Shown in pieces: positions 28,752 through 37,926 of a stretch of DNA of 64,000 nucleotides. A model generated the notes under the pieces. That model was not told where the DNA came from and ran no database searches. It saw nothing but the letters and a program-made list of their open reading frames with translations. Each line of letters begins with the position of its first letter. Positions within the stretch are counted from its first letter, which is position 1. Location of the stretch: the NCBI GenBank assembly GCA_965223265.1, contig OZ244999.1, positions 2,976,001-3,040,000 of the forward strand. Reading direction: 5' to 3'. The stretch is from Planctomycetota bacterium (GTDB taxonomy: Bacteria; Planctomycetota; UBA8108; SXIK01). The position numbers were made by a program, and so were the translations under genes.

Positions 28752-29084
28752 ACAATTCGTCGACTCTGTCAATCGCCTTTTTCGGCCCCGGCAGAGAAGA
28801 TGCAGGGGCGACCTAACTCCTTAATCCACAGAGACTTCAGGAGCTCTCTGGTCTCCGGGAGGGCAGGCGTTGAGAATGGAGCCGGGTGGGCGGCTACGGT
28901 GGCTTCGCTCGATCCCGGAGGCGATGGCTGCTGCTCGAGCGCCCCGAGCGGGCGGGCTTTCGGAGCGCCAAATCATCCACCCGGCACCCATCCGGCACCG
29001 CTCACGCTTGGGCAGCGACCAGGCGCGAAACCGGCGAGGCATAGTCGCATGGAGACTCGGACTCGCTGCCGGCCAGGTGTCCGA

Positions 29085-30080
29085 TCAGTCCGCGCTAACG
29101 CTCGAGCGCGCGAACGCGTCGTAGAGCGCCTCGACTTTCGCGCTCTCGGCGTTGCCTGCGTGGAACACGAAGAAGAATTCGAAGTGAAGCGAATCCCCGG
29201 CCTTGATCGTCAGATCACCCGTGCCCTTTTCTTTGCGTTCAAAGTTATGGACGCCAAAGGCGTTCGCAGCGATGAGGCCGTAGTTCCGCGCGTGCCACCA
29301 CGTCGGGTGGCGCGGGTTCTTCGGGTGATCGAAAATGGCGACGCCGACCGTCTCACCATCGATCTCTCCCCAGTAGTCGACCCATTTGGCGCGCTTGCCC
29401 CAAAGGGCGCCGTCTCGCTCGCCGCTGCTGTTGAGCGCATGGCCGTTAGCACTCGTCACGCCGCGCTTTTCATCGTTTGTGAGGCGTAGGTTCGGGTGCG
29501 TGCGGATGCCCATCGTGCCTTCCTTCGTGTCGCCGAGAGTGACATCTCCCTCCGACGCATAGAGCGTCACCTCGTAGCGCACGGCGCGGCCGACCGGCAA
29601 CGCCAGAAAGGTCAGACGCCTGACGTCGGTACATACGACCTTGCCGTCTGGACCGACCCATTTGTTGAAGGTTTTGAGTACACCTTGATCACCGCTACGG
29701 ATTTCAAGAAACGTGTCGTGAACCGTTTCGCCAGAGCCTTCGTTCTCATGCCAAAAACTGATGCCGTTGACATCTCCGTGCGTGAACCAGAGCGAGCGGT
29801 GATGCGGGTGGTCTTTGGCTTCGCCTTTGACGCCGCTAACAATGGGATAGCTACGCGTCATCGCTAGCCGGTGCGGGCCGATGACCGGAAAGAGGATTGG
29901 CTTACGATGCCCGTCACCGAGATACTCAGTGAACAGTTCACCGCCGATCTCTACGCGCACGGCTTTGCCAGCGCGCGTTAACTTGACCTTGGGCTCACCG
30001 CCAGTAGCCGTGCCGGTGGCGCTCGAGAGCGTGGCGAACACCAAGAGGGCGGACAAGGCAATTCTGCGAAGCGATGACAT
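29085..30080 (-). CDS. Secreted DUF6807 (so-called PmoA-family) protein
   Basis: Signal peptide; KPILFP, DHPHHRSLWF, DTKEG, WGKRAKWVDY and DHPKNPRHPTWWHARNYGL motifs. Confidence 0.78.
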   Translation of the reverse strand: MSSLRRIALSALLVFATLSSATGTATGGEPKVKLTRAGKAVRVEIGGELFTEYLGDGHRKPILFPVIGPHRLAMTRSYPIVSGVKGEAKDHPHHRSLWFTHGDVNGISFWHENEGSGETVHDTFLEIRSGDQGVLKTFNKWVGPDGKVVCTDVRRLTFLALPVGRAVRYEVTLYASEGDVTLGDTKEGTMGIRTHPNLRLTNDEKRGVTSANGHALNSSGERDGALWGKRAKWVDYWGEIDGETVGVAIFDHPKNPRHPTWWHARNYGLIAANAFGVHNFERKEKGTGDLTIKAGDSLHFEFFFVFHAGNAESAKVEALYDAFARSSVSAD

Positions 30081-30345
30081 TCGATATTCCCTTTCTCCAA
30101 GGTTCAACACGGGGGATAGATCGTCGGCTCGATGAGGGGATGATTCTAACGGTTCGCTCGATCCTTTTGCAATTGCTTCGGGCATCCTCGAACGTCTCCG
30201 ACTCTCATAGACAGTGACGATCACGAGTGCTTCCCGACCGAACCTGAGTTGACGGCTCAGGGCGATCGATCTGTTTTCTATCGCTTTGCCGCGCTGCGCC
30301 TCCTACACTCTCGTCAGAGACCGATTGTACCCCTGGTAGACCACG

Positions 30346-31950
30346 ATGGATCGTTCACTCATCTTCGTGCTGGCCTTCTGCTGCAGCCTACTGCGCGGTG
30401 ACGCGCCAGGAGCGACGCTGGCGACGCTACGTCTCGACATCACCGACGCAGCAAACGGACACATGATGCCGGGACTGGTGAAGTTCACCTTTGCGGATGG
30501 CCGCCGAGCACCGGTCGAAGGCGCCATCAATCGCGGCGCGGGCTTGCCTGACAACCTACCAATCGGCGACTGGTGGGCACTCTTGCCGAGCCAAGTGATT
30601 CGTGTGCCGCGGGCTCCCCTTCGCATTGAAGTCACCGCCGGCCTTGACTACGAGTCCGCGAGCGCCACCGTGGATCTCACCTCGCGCCGCGACGGGCGTG
30701 TCCGCCTTGAGCTGAGGCGTTTCGTCGATCCAGGTCAGCGGGGATTCCGCTCCGGTAACACCCACATTCATTTGCGCGACTTTTCGCGCGACGTCGCAGA
30801 TCGGTATCTGCGAGAGATTCCGCGGGGCGACCACCTCGACATCACGTTTCTTTCCTACCTTGAACGTGTCGACGACGACAAGACCTACATCTCTAATTCG
30901 TACACCAAGGACGATCTGGCCGAGTTCACCTCTGAGGGGCGCTTTTACGTCTTTAGCGAAGAGCATCGTCACAACTTTTCGGGATACGGGCAGGGTTTCG
31001 GACATGTCATGTTCGTCGATCTCAAAGATCTTGTGATGCCGGTGAGCATCGGCCCGGGCATCATGAAGCGCGGCACGGATTCGATCCCCCTGCGACGCGG
31101 GATACAGAACGCGCTCGGTCAGGGAGCGACCGTGATTTGGTGCCACAACGAGTACGGCATGGAAGATTTGCCGAACTGGATCATGCAGCGGATCCAAGCG
31201 CAGAATATCTTCGACGGCAGCATCAACAGCGGATACGACGCGACCTTTTACCGTTACCTGAACGTCGGATGGAAGGTGCCGTTCAGCACCGGAACCGACT
31301 GGTTCATCTACGACTTTTCGCGCGTCTACGTTCAGGTCGAAGGTGAGTTGACCGTCGCGAAGTGGCTCGACGGCCTCAAAGCTGGACGGTCGTACATCAC
31401 CAACGGCCCGCAGCTCGAGTTCAGCGTCGATGGCCGGGCGATCGGAGACACGCTGCGTCTTGAGCGCGGTGGAGTTCTCGAAGTCGTCGGCCGGGCGGCT
31501 GGCCGCCATGATTTCAAGACGCTCGAGCTGATCCACAATGGCGTGGTTATCGAGCGCGCCGAGAGTCGCGCAGTCGATCAGCATTTCGAGGCGGCGATCC
31601 GCACGCGTGTCGAGGTCAAGACGCCCTCGTGGTTGGCTCTGCGGACGCCGCCACCGCCGACAACACGGCCGCAGCCGGGGCAGCCGCGCGTCACCGGCCG
31701 CAATGAGTTCGGGCGTGCGCTCTACTCGCATTCCAGCCCCATCTACATCGAGGTCGGTGGACGGCGGATTTTCCGCCGCGACGTGGCGCTCGGCATGCTG
31801 GAGGAGATGCGCGAGCACATCGACGTCATTCAGCGCCAGGGTGTTTTTCTTGGTGCAGCCGATCGTGACGACGTTCTTTCCGTCTATCACGAGGCGATCG
31901 CCAAGCTGCGCGACCGGCTGGGGCGCGCCGGAGACGAGCGCGCGGAGTAG
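30346..31950 (+). CDS. Secreted CehA/McbA-like (PHP-type) metallohydrolase
   Basis: SGNTHIH, EEHRH, GHV, WCH, STGTD, GRSYITNGP and HSSPIYI motifs. Confidence 0.75.
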   Translation: MDRSLIFVLAFCCSLLRGDAPGATLATLRLDITDAANGHMMPGLVKFTFADGRRAPVEGAINRGAGLPDNLPIGDWWALLPSQVIRVPRAPLRIEVTAGLDYESASATVDLTSRRDGRVRLELRRFVDPGQRGFRSGNTHIHLRDFSRDVADRYLREIPRGDHLDITFLSYLERVDDDKTYISNSYTKDDLAEFTSEGRFYVFSEEHRHNFSGYGQGFGHVMFVDLKDLVMPVSIGPGIMKRGTDSIPLRRGIQNALGQGATVIWCHNEYGMEDLPNWIMQRIQAQNIFDGSINSGYDATFYRYLNVGWKVPFSTGTDWFIYDFSRVYVQVEGELTVAKWLDGLKAGRSYITNGPQLEFSVDGRAIGDTLRLERGGVLEVVGRAAGRHDFKTLELIHNGVVIERAESRAVDQHFEAAIRTRVEVKTPSWLALRTPPPPTTRPQPGQPRVTGRNEFGRALYSHSSPIYIEVGGRRIFRRDVALGMLEEMREHIDVIQRQGVFLGAADRDDVLSVYHEAIAKLRDRLGRAGDERAE

Positions 31951-32052
31951 CAGGGAGCTGTGTCGGTCGCCGCCCAGGCGGTGTCCGTCCCCATTGTTGC
32001 AAGAGAGGCGCTGCTAGCCCATGCGCGGGTGCATGGGAATACGAGTACTCCG

Positions 32053-32184
32053 CCTCTGCCTCTGCCTCTGCCCCATCGCTGCAGAGAAGCAGCGGGATTG
32101 CGAGTGCGTGGGCGTGAGCGTGGGCGAGTCCGTGGGCGAGTGCGTGGGCGAGTGCGAGTGCGTGGGCGAGTGCGTGGGTGAGTG
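32053..32184. repeat. Composite microsatellite: (CCTCTG)3 plus 14 hexamers of the CGTGGG/CGAGTG/CGTGAG type
   Basis: Read directly at 32053-32070 and 32101-32184. Confidence 0.85.
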
Positions 32185-32681
32185 ACGCGGGCATGCCGTC
32201 GTTCGGAGTGAACAACGGAGTGCGCGTGCCTGGGGCTCGGGGCGCCGTGGGCGGCGGTTCGGTTGATGGTGTGAACTGGTCGAACGCCGTTCACCGGCAA
32301 ACCTCGCTCCGCGTGAAGTCCGCCGCGACTCCCCACAACCGCCGGTCGAACCCAGGATTTCTCAGCCGTTCCTAAGGAAGGAGTTGTGCACCTGTAGGTC
32401 GGTTTCGACCCCGTGGCCGCGTCGGGTCTGCGGGACTCGGTCTGGCATCGGCCCCTGTCCCTCCGCCCGCTGTCTCGGTGCCAGGTAGTGTGTCCTCCTC
32501 CTCTTCAACAGCGCCAGGGGTTCCGTGCAGACCTTTGCTCTCAAGGGTTTATGACATCACCGGGGCAGTCGAGAGAATCCCCCGAAAAAAGTCTGCGGGG
32601 TCCGGTCGGCTCTTGCGCAGAACCAGGCAGAACACGCTGGTGACGTCAAGAATTCAAAACTTACACGAAAGGCTCTGAACC

Positions 32682-33170
32682 ATGTTGACTACCACGACGA
32701 AACTGCTCACCGCTCTTCTCTGCGTCTCCGCACTCGCCGCTGGCTGCTCGGCCCCGCAGCGCATTCAGATCGAGTCCGATCCTTCCGGAGCCTATATCTA
32801 CGTCGGTGGCGAGTACGTCGGAGCTTCTCCCTGCACGTATAAAGTCGACAACGTCGGCGCCATTGACTCACTTGAGATCAGGGCGCGGATCCGCAACCTC
32901 GAAGTCGACGGTGTCGTTCTTCACAAGAAGCGTAACGGCTACTTCCCGGAGCGCTCGATGCTCGTCCTTGACGACAAGGACTATCTCGACATCACGTCGG
33001 CGCCGGCGACTCAACCGAGCGGTTCGCCGATCATCTACAATCCGATCATGGTGCCGAACAACAACAACGCGCCGAACAATTCGCCCAACAACGCGCCGAA
33101 CAACAACAATTTTGCCCCAGGTGGGCCACCGGCGTTCAACAACAACGATCAGAGCCGCACCATTCGCTGA
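32682..33170 (+). CDS. PEGA-domain lipoprotein with an Asn/Pro-rich tail
   Basis: Lipobox LAAGC; IESDPSGAYIYVGGEYVGASP; tail PNNNNAPNNSPNNAPNNNN. Confidence 0.78.
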   Translation: MLTTTTKLLTALLCVSALAAGCSAPQRIQIESDPSGAYIYVGGEYVGASPCTYKVDNVGAIDSLEIRARIRNLEVDGVVLHKKRNGYFPERSMLVLDDKDYLDITSAPATQPSGSPIIYNPIMVPNNNNAPNNSPNNAPNNNNFAPGGPPAFNNNDQSRTIR

Positions 33171-33441
33171 CGCGGTGGGAGATGCGGCAGGAGATCCGCT
33201 CTCGCTCCGCTCTGACAAGTATTGACGTCTGAGATCGGCGAGTCTGCGCTCGCAAGTCGAGACAGCCGCAGCGACAAAAGGTCGTGCGGCTGTCTCTTTT
33301 TCTCTGACCACCGGGAATCAATCGGCGGCTGCGTCCGTTGTCCCCATAGGCGATTTCTTGCATCGGCGCGGAATCGGTTGGAAGATAGCAGCGTCTGTTT
33401 GTCGCTGATTTACGAAGATGTGCGACCGGAGGACGATCAGA

Positions 33442-34404
33442 ATGAAATCGACTTCACAGCGGAGCGCGAGACTCCGTCGTTGCTTTTCGATCGTAGTTGG
33501 CCTGGCCGCATGCCAGGCAGCCACAGCGCGGCTCGGCGCCCAAAGTGAGGCTCTGTACACCTTGAGATTCGACTCGACATGGAGCGCCGAAACCCACCCG
33601 GTCAACTTCCCCCCGGGACCGCACTTTTCAGGGCTGATCGGCGGCACGCATTCGAGCGCGGTGAAGTTTTGGGAGTCGGGACAGCTGGCGAGTCAAGGCA
33701 TCGAGAACATGGCGGAGGTCGGCAGCAAGTTTCAGCTCGCTCAGGAGGTCGAGGCGGCGATCCTGGCAGGGGATGCGTTCGAGGTGATTTCAGGAGGGGG
33801 CATCGGCGAATCGCCCGGGACCATCAGCGCTACGTTCACCGTGAGAGAAACCCATCCACTGGCGACCGTCGTTTCGATGATCGCGCCGAGTCCCGATTGG
33901 TTCGTTGGTGTCTCAGGAGTGTCGCTGTTCGAGAGCGGCGAATGGATGCCTGAGTTGACTATCGAACTTCATGCTTACGACGCTGGTACCGACAGCGGCG
34001 CTTCGTACACGTCGCCGAACGCTGACACGCAACCACCGGAGCTGATTCATCTGCTCACCAGCGGACCATTCGAAGGTAATTCCACACCCCTCGGAACGTT
34101 CACGTTTACGCTAGATTCCGTCGTAGAGCACATGATGTTTCTGCGCGGCGACGCCAACGACGACGGTCAAGTGGACATCAGTGACAGTATCTTCTTGCTG
34201 AACTTTCTCTTCGTCTTTGACAGCCTGATCTCGTGCCAAGCCAGCGGTGACACGAACTCAGACGGCGCCGTTGACATCGCGGATGCTGTATTCCTCCTCA
34301 ACCACCTCTTCGTGGCAGGCTCGTTACCTCCGGAGGCGCCCTACCCGGAGTGTGGCTTCGGCGTCGCCGATGCCGACAACTGTGAGATGTCGAACTGCAC
34401 GTAG
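33442..34404 (+). CDS. Secreted spondin-N domain protein with a C-terminal dockerin-like module
   Basis: WSAETHP, HFSGLIGGTH, SMIAPSPDWFVG and YDAGTDSG (Spond_N); RGDANDDGQVDISD...GDTNSDGAVDIAD. Confidence 0.85.
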   Translation: MKSTSQRSARLRRCFSIVVGLAACQAATARLGAQSEALYTLRFDSTWSAETHPVNFPPGPHFSGLIGGTHSSAVKFWESGQLASQGIENMAEVGSKFQLAQEVEAAILAGDAFEVISGGGIGESPGTISATFTVRETHPLATVVSMIAPSPDWFVGVSGVSLFESGEWMPELTIELHAYDAGTDSGASYTSPNADTQPPELIHLLTSGPFEGNSTPLGTFTFTLDSVVEHMMFLRGDANDDGQVDISDSIFLLNFLFVFDSLISCQASGDTNSDGAVDIADAVFLLNHLFVAGSLPPEAPYPECGFGVADADNCEMSNCT

Positions 34405-34457
34405 GGTGCCCGCCGCGACACTCTCTTGGCGACCGTCGTGTGAAGCGAGAGGGCCAG

Positions 34458-34696
34458 CCTCGAGTTTGGCGATTTCGCGCCGGCCTGGCCGGACGAGTTT
34501 CGCGGGAATTCAAAGGCCCTTTCGACTTTTTCGTACCCTGAGAACCCTTGTGCATGTTCGAAAACTCCTGTCCGGCCCTTCGGGGACCGCCAGGAGCGCC
34601 GATGCCTGCGCCCGTCCTCCGCCACGACCCGAGCGGGATCGCATTGTCGACGCTCCTGGCGCTGGCAGGCTCGACGCGAAATGGCCAAACTCGAGG
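34458..34696. mobile_element. MITE family C copy 2 (opposite orientation to copy 1), between convergent stops
   Basis: Inverted ends CCTCGAGTTTGGCGATTTCGCG...CGCGAAATGGCCAAACTCGAGG; interior is the reverse complement of 8545-8798. Flanks are CCAG and TTAC. Confidence 0.85.
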
Positions 34697-34701
34697 TTAC
34701 C

Positions 34702-36426
34702 TCAGCGGCGCGCCTTCTCGATCTTTGCCCACTGGTCTCTGAGCGACACGGTACGGTTGAACACAGGTTTGTCGGGTCGCGTATCCTTGTCGAGGCAGAA
34801 GTAGCCGAGTCGTTCGAACTGGAAGCGCTCGTCGCTTGCGGCCGACGCCAGGGATGGTTCGAGCTGACAGTTCTCGAGCACTTCCAGACTGCCTGGGTTG
34901 ATGTTGTCGGTGAAGTCACCGCCCTCCGGGACGTCGCTCGGATTCTGCTGATTGAAGAGGTGATCATAGAGTCGCACTTCCGCGTCAACGGCGTGCTGCA
35001 CCGACACCCAATGTAGCGTCGCTTTCACCTTTCGACCATCCGGCGCGGAGCCACCTTTCGTGGCCGGGTCGTACGTGCAGTGGAGCTCGATGATTTCGCC
35101 ATCCGAGTCTTTGACGACCCCTTCGCACCTGATGAAATAGGCGTACCGCAGGCGCACTTCGCGTCCCGGCGCCAGACGGAAGAATTTTCGCGGTGGATCC
35201 TCGAGGAAATCATCGCGTTCGATGTAAATGACGCGAGAGAACGGCACTCGGCGCGTCCCCATCGACTCGTCCTCCGGGTTGTTGATCGCCTCAAGCTCCT
35301 CTTCCTCGCCCTCGGGGTAGTTGGCGATCACGACGCGCAGCGGGCGCAGCACGGCCATGCGGCGCGGCGCCGTCTTGTTGAGGTGCTCGCGCAGGCTGTT
35401 CTCTAGGACGACGAGATCGATGACGCTGTTGTATTTCGTCACACCGATCTGCTTGCAAAACGACTGGATGGCCTCTGGGGTGTACCCGCGGCGGCGCATG
35501 CCGACGATGGTTGGCATGCGTGGGTCGTCCCAGCCGCTCACGTATTCTTCCTGGACGAGTCGCAGAAGTTTCCGTTTGCTCGTCAGCGTGTAGGTCAAAT
35601 TGAGACGTGCGAATTCGATCTGCTGTGGGTGATAGACCTCGAGCTCGTCGAGAAACCAGTCGTACAAGGGACGGTGATTTTCAAACTCGAGGGTGCAAAT
35701 CGAGTGTGTGATGCCCTCGATCGAGTCGCACTGGCCGTGGGTAAAGTCGTACAAAGGGTAGATGCACCACTTGTCGCCCGTGCGGTGATGGTGTGCGAAT
35801 TTGATCCGGTAGATCAGGGGGTCACGTAGGTTCATGTTAGGCGACGCCATGTCGATCTTGGCGCGGAGCACGTGCTCACCCTCTTTGAACTCGCCGCGGC
35901 GCATGCGCTCAAAGAGATCGAGGTTCTCCTCTACTGAGCGATTGCGGTAGGGGCTCTCACGGCCTGGGCTTGTGAGAGTGCCGCGGTACTCGCTGATCTC
36001 TTCGCTATTGAGGCTGCAGACGTACGCTTTTCCTTTCTCGATCAACTGAACCGCGAAAGCGTGCAGTGCGTCGAAATAGTCCGAAGCGAAATAAAGGCGA
36101 TCGTCCCAGTCAAAGCCAAGCCAACGCACGTCATCCTTGATGGCTTCGACATACTCGTCGTCTTCCGTCGTCGGGTTGGTGTCGTCGAAGCGAAGGTTGC
36201 AAATCCCGCCGTAGTCGCGTGCCAACCCGAAGTTCAGACAGATCGATTTAGCATGACCGACGTGAAGGTAGCCATTGGGCTCGGGCGGGAAGCGGGTGTG
36301 GACGCGGCCGTCGAACTTCCTGGTCTTGTTGTCCTCCTCCACGATCGCTTCGATGAAGTTGACGCGATTCGGTTCTTCGTCGGCGTCTCGCGGCGCAGGG
36401 GCGTTGGTTTTGTTGGTGGCACTCAC
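34702..36426 (-). CDS. glnS: Glutamine--tRNA ligase
   Basis: [39 protein letters not shown] and FQFERLGYF motifs. Confidence 0.97.
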   Translation of the reverse strand: MSATNKTNAPAPRDADEEPNRVNFIEAIVEEDNKTRKFDGRVHTRFPPEPNGYLHVGHAKSICLNFGLARDYGGICNLRFDDTNPTTEDDEYVEAIKDDVRWLGFDWDDRLYFASDYFDALHAFAVQLIEKGKAYVCSLNSEEISEYRGTLTSPGRESPYRNRSVEENLDLFERMRRGEFKEGEHVLRAKIDMASPNMNLRDPLIYRIKFAHHHRTGDKWCIYPLYDFTHGQCDSIEGITHSICTLEFENHRPLYDWFLDELEVYHPQQIEFARLNLTYTLTSKRKLLRLVQEEYVSGWDDPRMPTIVGMRRRGYTPEAIQSFCKQIGVTKYNSVIDLVVLENSLREHLNKTAPRRMAVLRPLRVVIANYPEGEEEELEAINNPEDESMGTRRVPFSRVIYIERDDFLEDPPRKFFRLAPGREVRLRYAYFIRCEGVVKDSDGEIIELHCTYDPATKGGSAPDGRKVKATLHWVSVQHAVDAEVRLYDHLFNQQNPSDVPEGGDFTDNINPGSLEVLENCQLEPSLASAASDERFQFERLGYFCLDKDTRPDKPVFNRTVSLRDQWAKIEKARR

Positions 36427-36833
36427 AGAGATACCTTTAGTGTCTTCGCTGTTGATTGGATCGCTGCCTTGGACTGCGGCTCTCTGAAACTGCCGCGTCG
36501 CGTGTTGGCGGCCCGCGACGAGCCGCCCTGCGATGCCCCTATGATAACGGCCTCATCCTGAATTGGTATCGACCACCGCGGCGCTTGAGCAACAGGGGGA
36601 GAACTTCGCAGACTTGCCCATTCGGCGCCTTCGTGCTGAGCTTGACACCCTTCGGCTGGCTGATTTAGAGTCAGACGCCGAGCGTTTACAGGACGCTGGC
36701 AGCGGCACGGAGCGGCCGACACGTCAGCGCTGGAGTGTGCTCAGCGCCACTTTGGCGACCCGCCCGTTTCTACCGTTGGCGCGCCACAGTATAGGATAGT
36801 TCCGAGAACAGAAGAGCCCGAGGCAAACCGAGT

Positions 36834-37571
36834 ATGACCGAATTGGCGCCGATCGCAGCGAGGACGTGGGAGCTACTTGAGTCACCGAGCACTGCGACGC
36901 TCACCACCGTACTCTCGAAACTCGGGCTGTGGAACACGTTTGTCACGGGCGCGAAGCCTCTCTCGCCGGGGCGGCGGATGGTGGGGCAAGCCTTCACGCT
37001 GCGCTACATCCCGTCGCGCGAGGACATCGACTTCAATCTCGTCTTCGACAACACCAAGGACCCCCAGCGCCTGGCGATTGAGCAGGTCGGCCCGCGTGAC
37101 GTGCTGGTGATCGACGCGCGCGGCGACGAGCGCGCTGGGACCATGGGCAACATACTGGCGACGCGCATGGTCGCTCGCGGCGCCGTCGGAATCGTCACCG
37201 ATGGGTGTTTTCGCGACTCCCCCGCGATCGCGGCAATGGACATCGCGGCCTACGCACGGTCGCCGCACGCCGCGACGAACAAGACCATCCACCATCCCGC
37301 CGATGTTCAGCTGCCGGTCGGCTGCGGCGGCGTCGCCGTCTATCCAGGCGACGTTCTCGTCGGCGACGACGAGGGCGCGGTTGTGATCCCGAGACACATG
37401 GCCGATGAGGTGGCGACGATGGCAGCGGACCAGGAGCATCACGAGGCGTTTATCCTCGAGAGAATCCGAGGTGGCGCGGCGCTTCTGGGCACCTATCCAC
37501 CGGACGCCGAGGCGGTCGCGGCGTACGAGGAGTATTGCCGCAGCCATCCCAAGCCGAGTCAGACGACTTAG
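36834..37571 (+). CDS. RraA-like/HMG-CHA aldolase family protein
   Basis: VGQAFTLRYIP, VLVIDARG, GIVTDGCFRD and VYPGDVLVGDDEG motifs. Confidence 0.82.
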   Translation: MTELAPIAARTWELLESPSTATLTTVLSKLGLWNTFVTGAKPLSPGRRMVGQAFTLRYIPSREDIDFNLVFDNTKDPQRLAIEQVGPRDVLVIDARGDERAGTMGNILATRMVARGAVGIVTDGCFRDSPAIAAMDIAAYARSPHAATNKTIHHPADVQLPVGCGGVAVYPGDVLVGDDEGAVVIPRHMADEVATMAADQEHHEAFILERIRGGAALLGTYPPDAEAVAAYEEYCRSHPKPSQTT

Positions 37572-37708
37572 CCTAGCAGCCCGTGGAAAGACGTGCTCAA
37601 ACGGAATTCGGACGTCGACGACGATTCGCTAAATCTTGTTCGACATCTCGAGGCGTAGAATACGCAAGAACTTGTTCGATGGAACCATATCGCCCACAGG
37701 GCGGGCTT

Positions 37709-37780
37709 CTTTGTTGCCTCTGTTGCCTTCTGTTCGGAAACTCTTCTGTACTTGAACAGAAGGCAACAGAGGCAACGAAG
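37709..37780. repeat. 27-bp inverted repeat with an 18-nt loop, REP-like
   Basis: CTTTGTTGCCTCTGTTGCCTTCTGTTC and GAACAGAAGGCAACAGAGGCAACGAAG, with one mismatch. Confidence 0.85.
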
Positions 37781-37926
37781 GGGGCGTCTTGGCGCTCTTT
37801 GCGTCAATTCTCTTCCCAAGTCGGACGTTGGGTAGACGGCTCGATCCGCAGGCAAGTAGCTACTCGCGGCGGCAGACGGGCTGACTATTTTGCTGCATCC
37901 AGTCTGCGGGCAGAGAGAATGAACAC

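Noticed and set aside
29085-30080. Particulate methane monooxygenase subunit
   Set aside because: The family label PmoA is misleading here: the protein is soluble and secreted, and no pmoB or pmoC is present.
30556-31890. Long antisense ORFs (also 14692-15936, 28395-29489, 53858-54988 and 57158-58225)
   Set aside because: These are shadow frames of well-supported genes in GC-rich DNA, with no recognisable motifs.
32394-32412. Second GTAG-REP family (GTAGGTCGGTTTCGACC)
   Set aside because: Only one short copy in the window, which cannot be told apart from chance.
36430-36830. Riboswitch or T-box upstream of glnS
   Set aside because: No T-box consensus or recognisable aptamer was seen.
36834-37571. 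RNase E regulator rraA
   Set aside because: Length and motifs fit the aldolase-like branch of the family; no symbol assigned.
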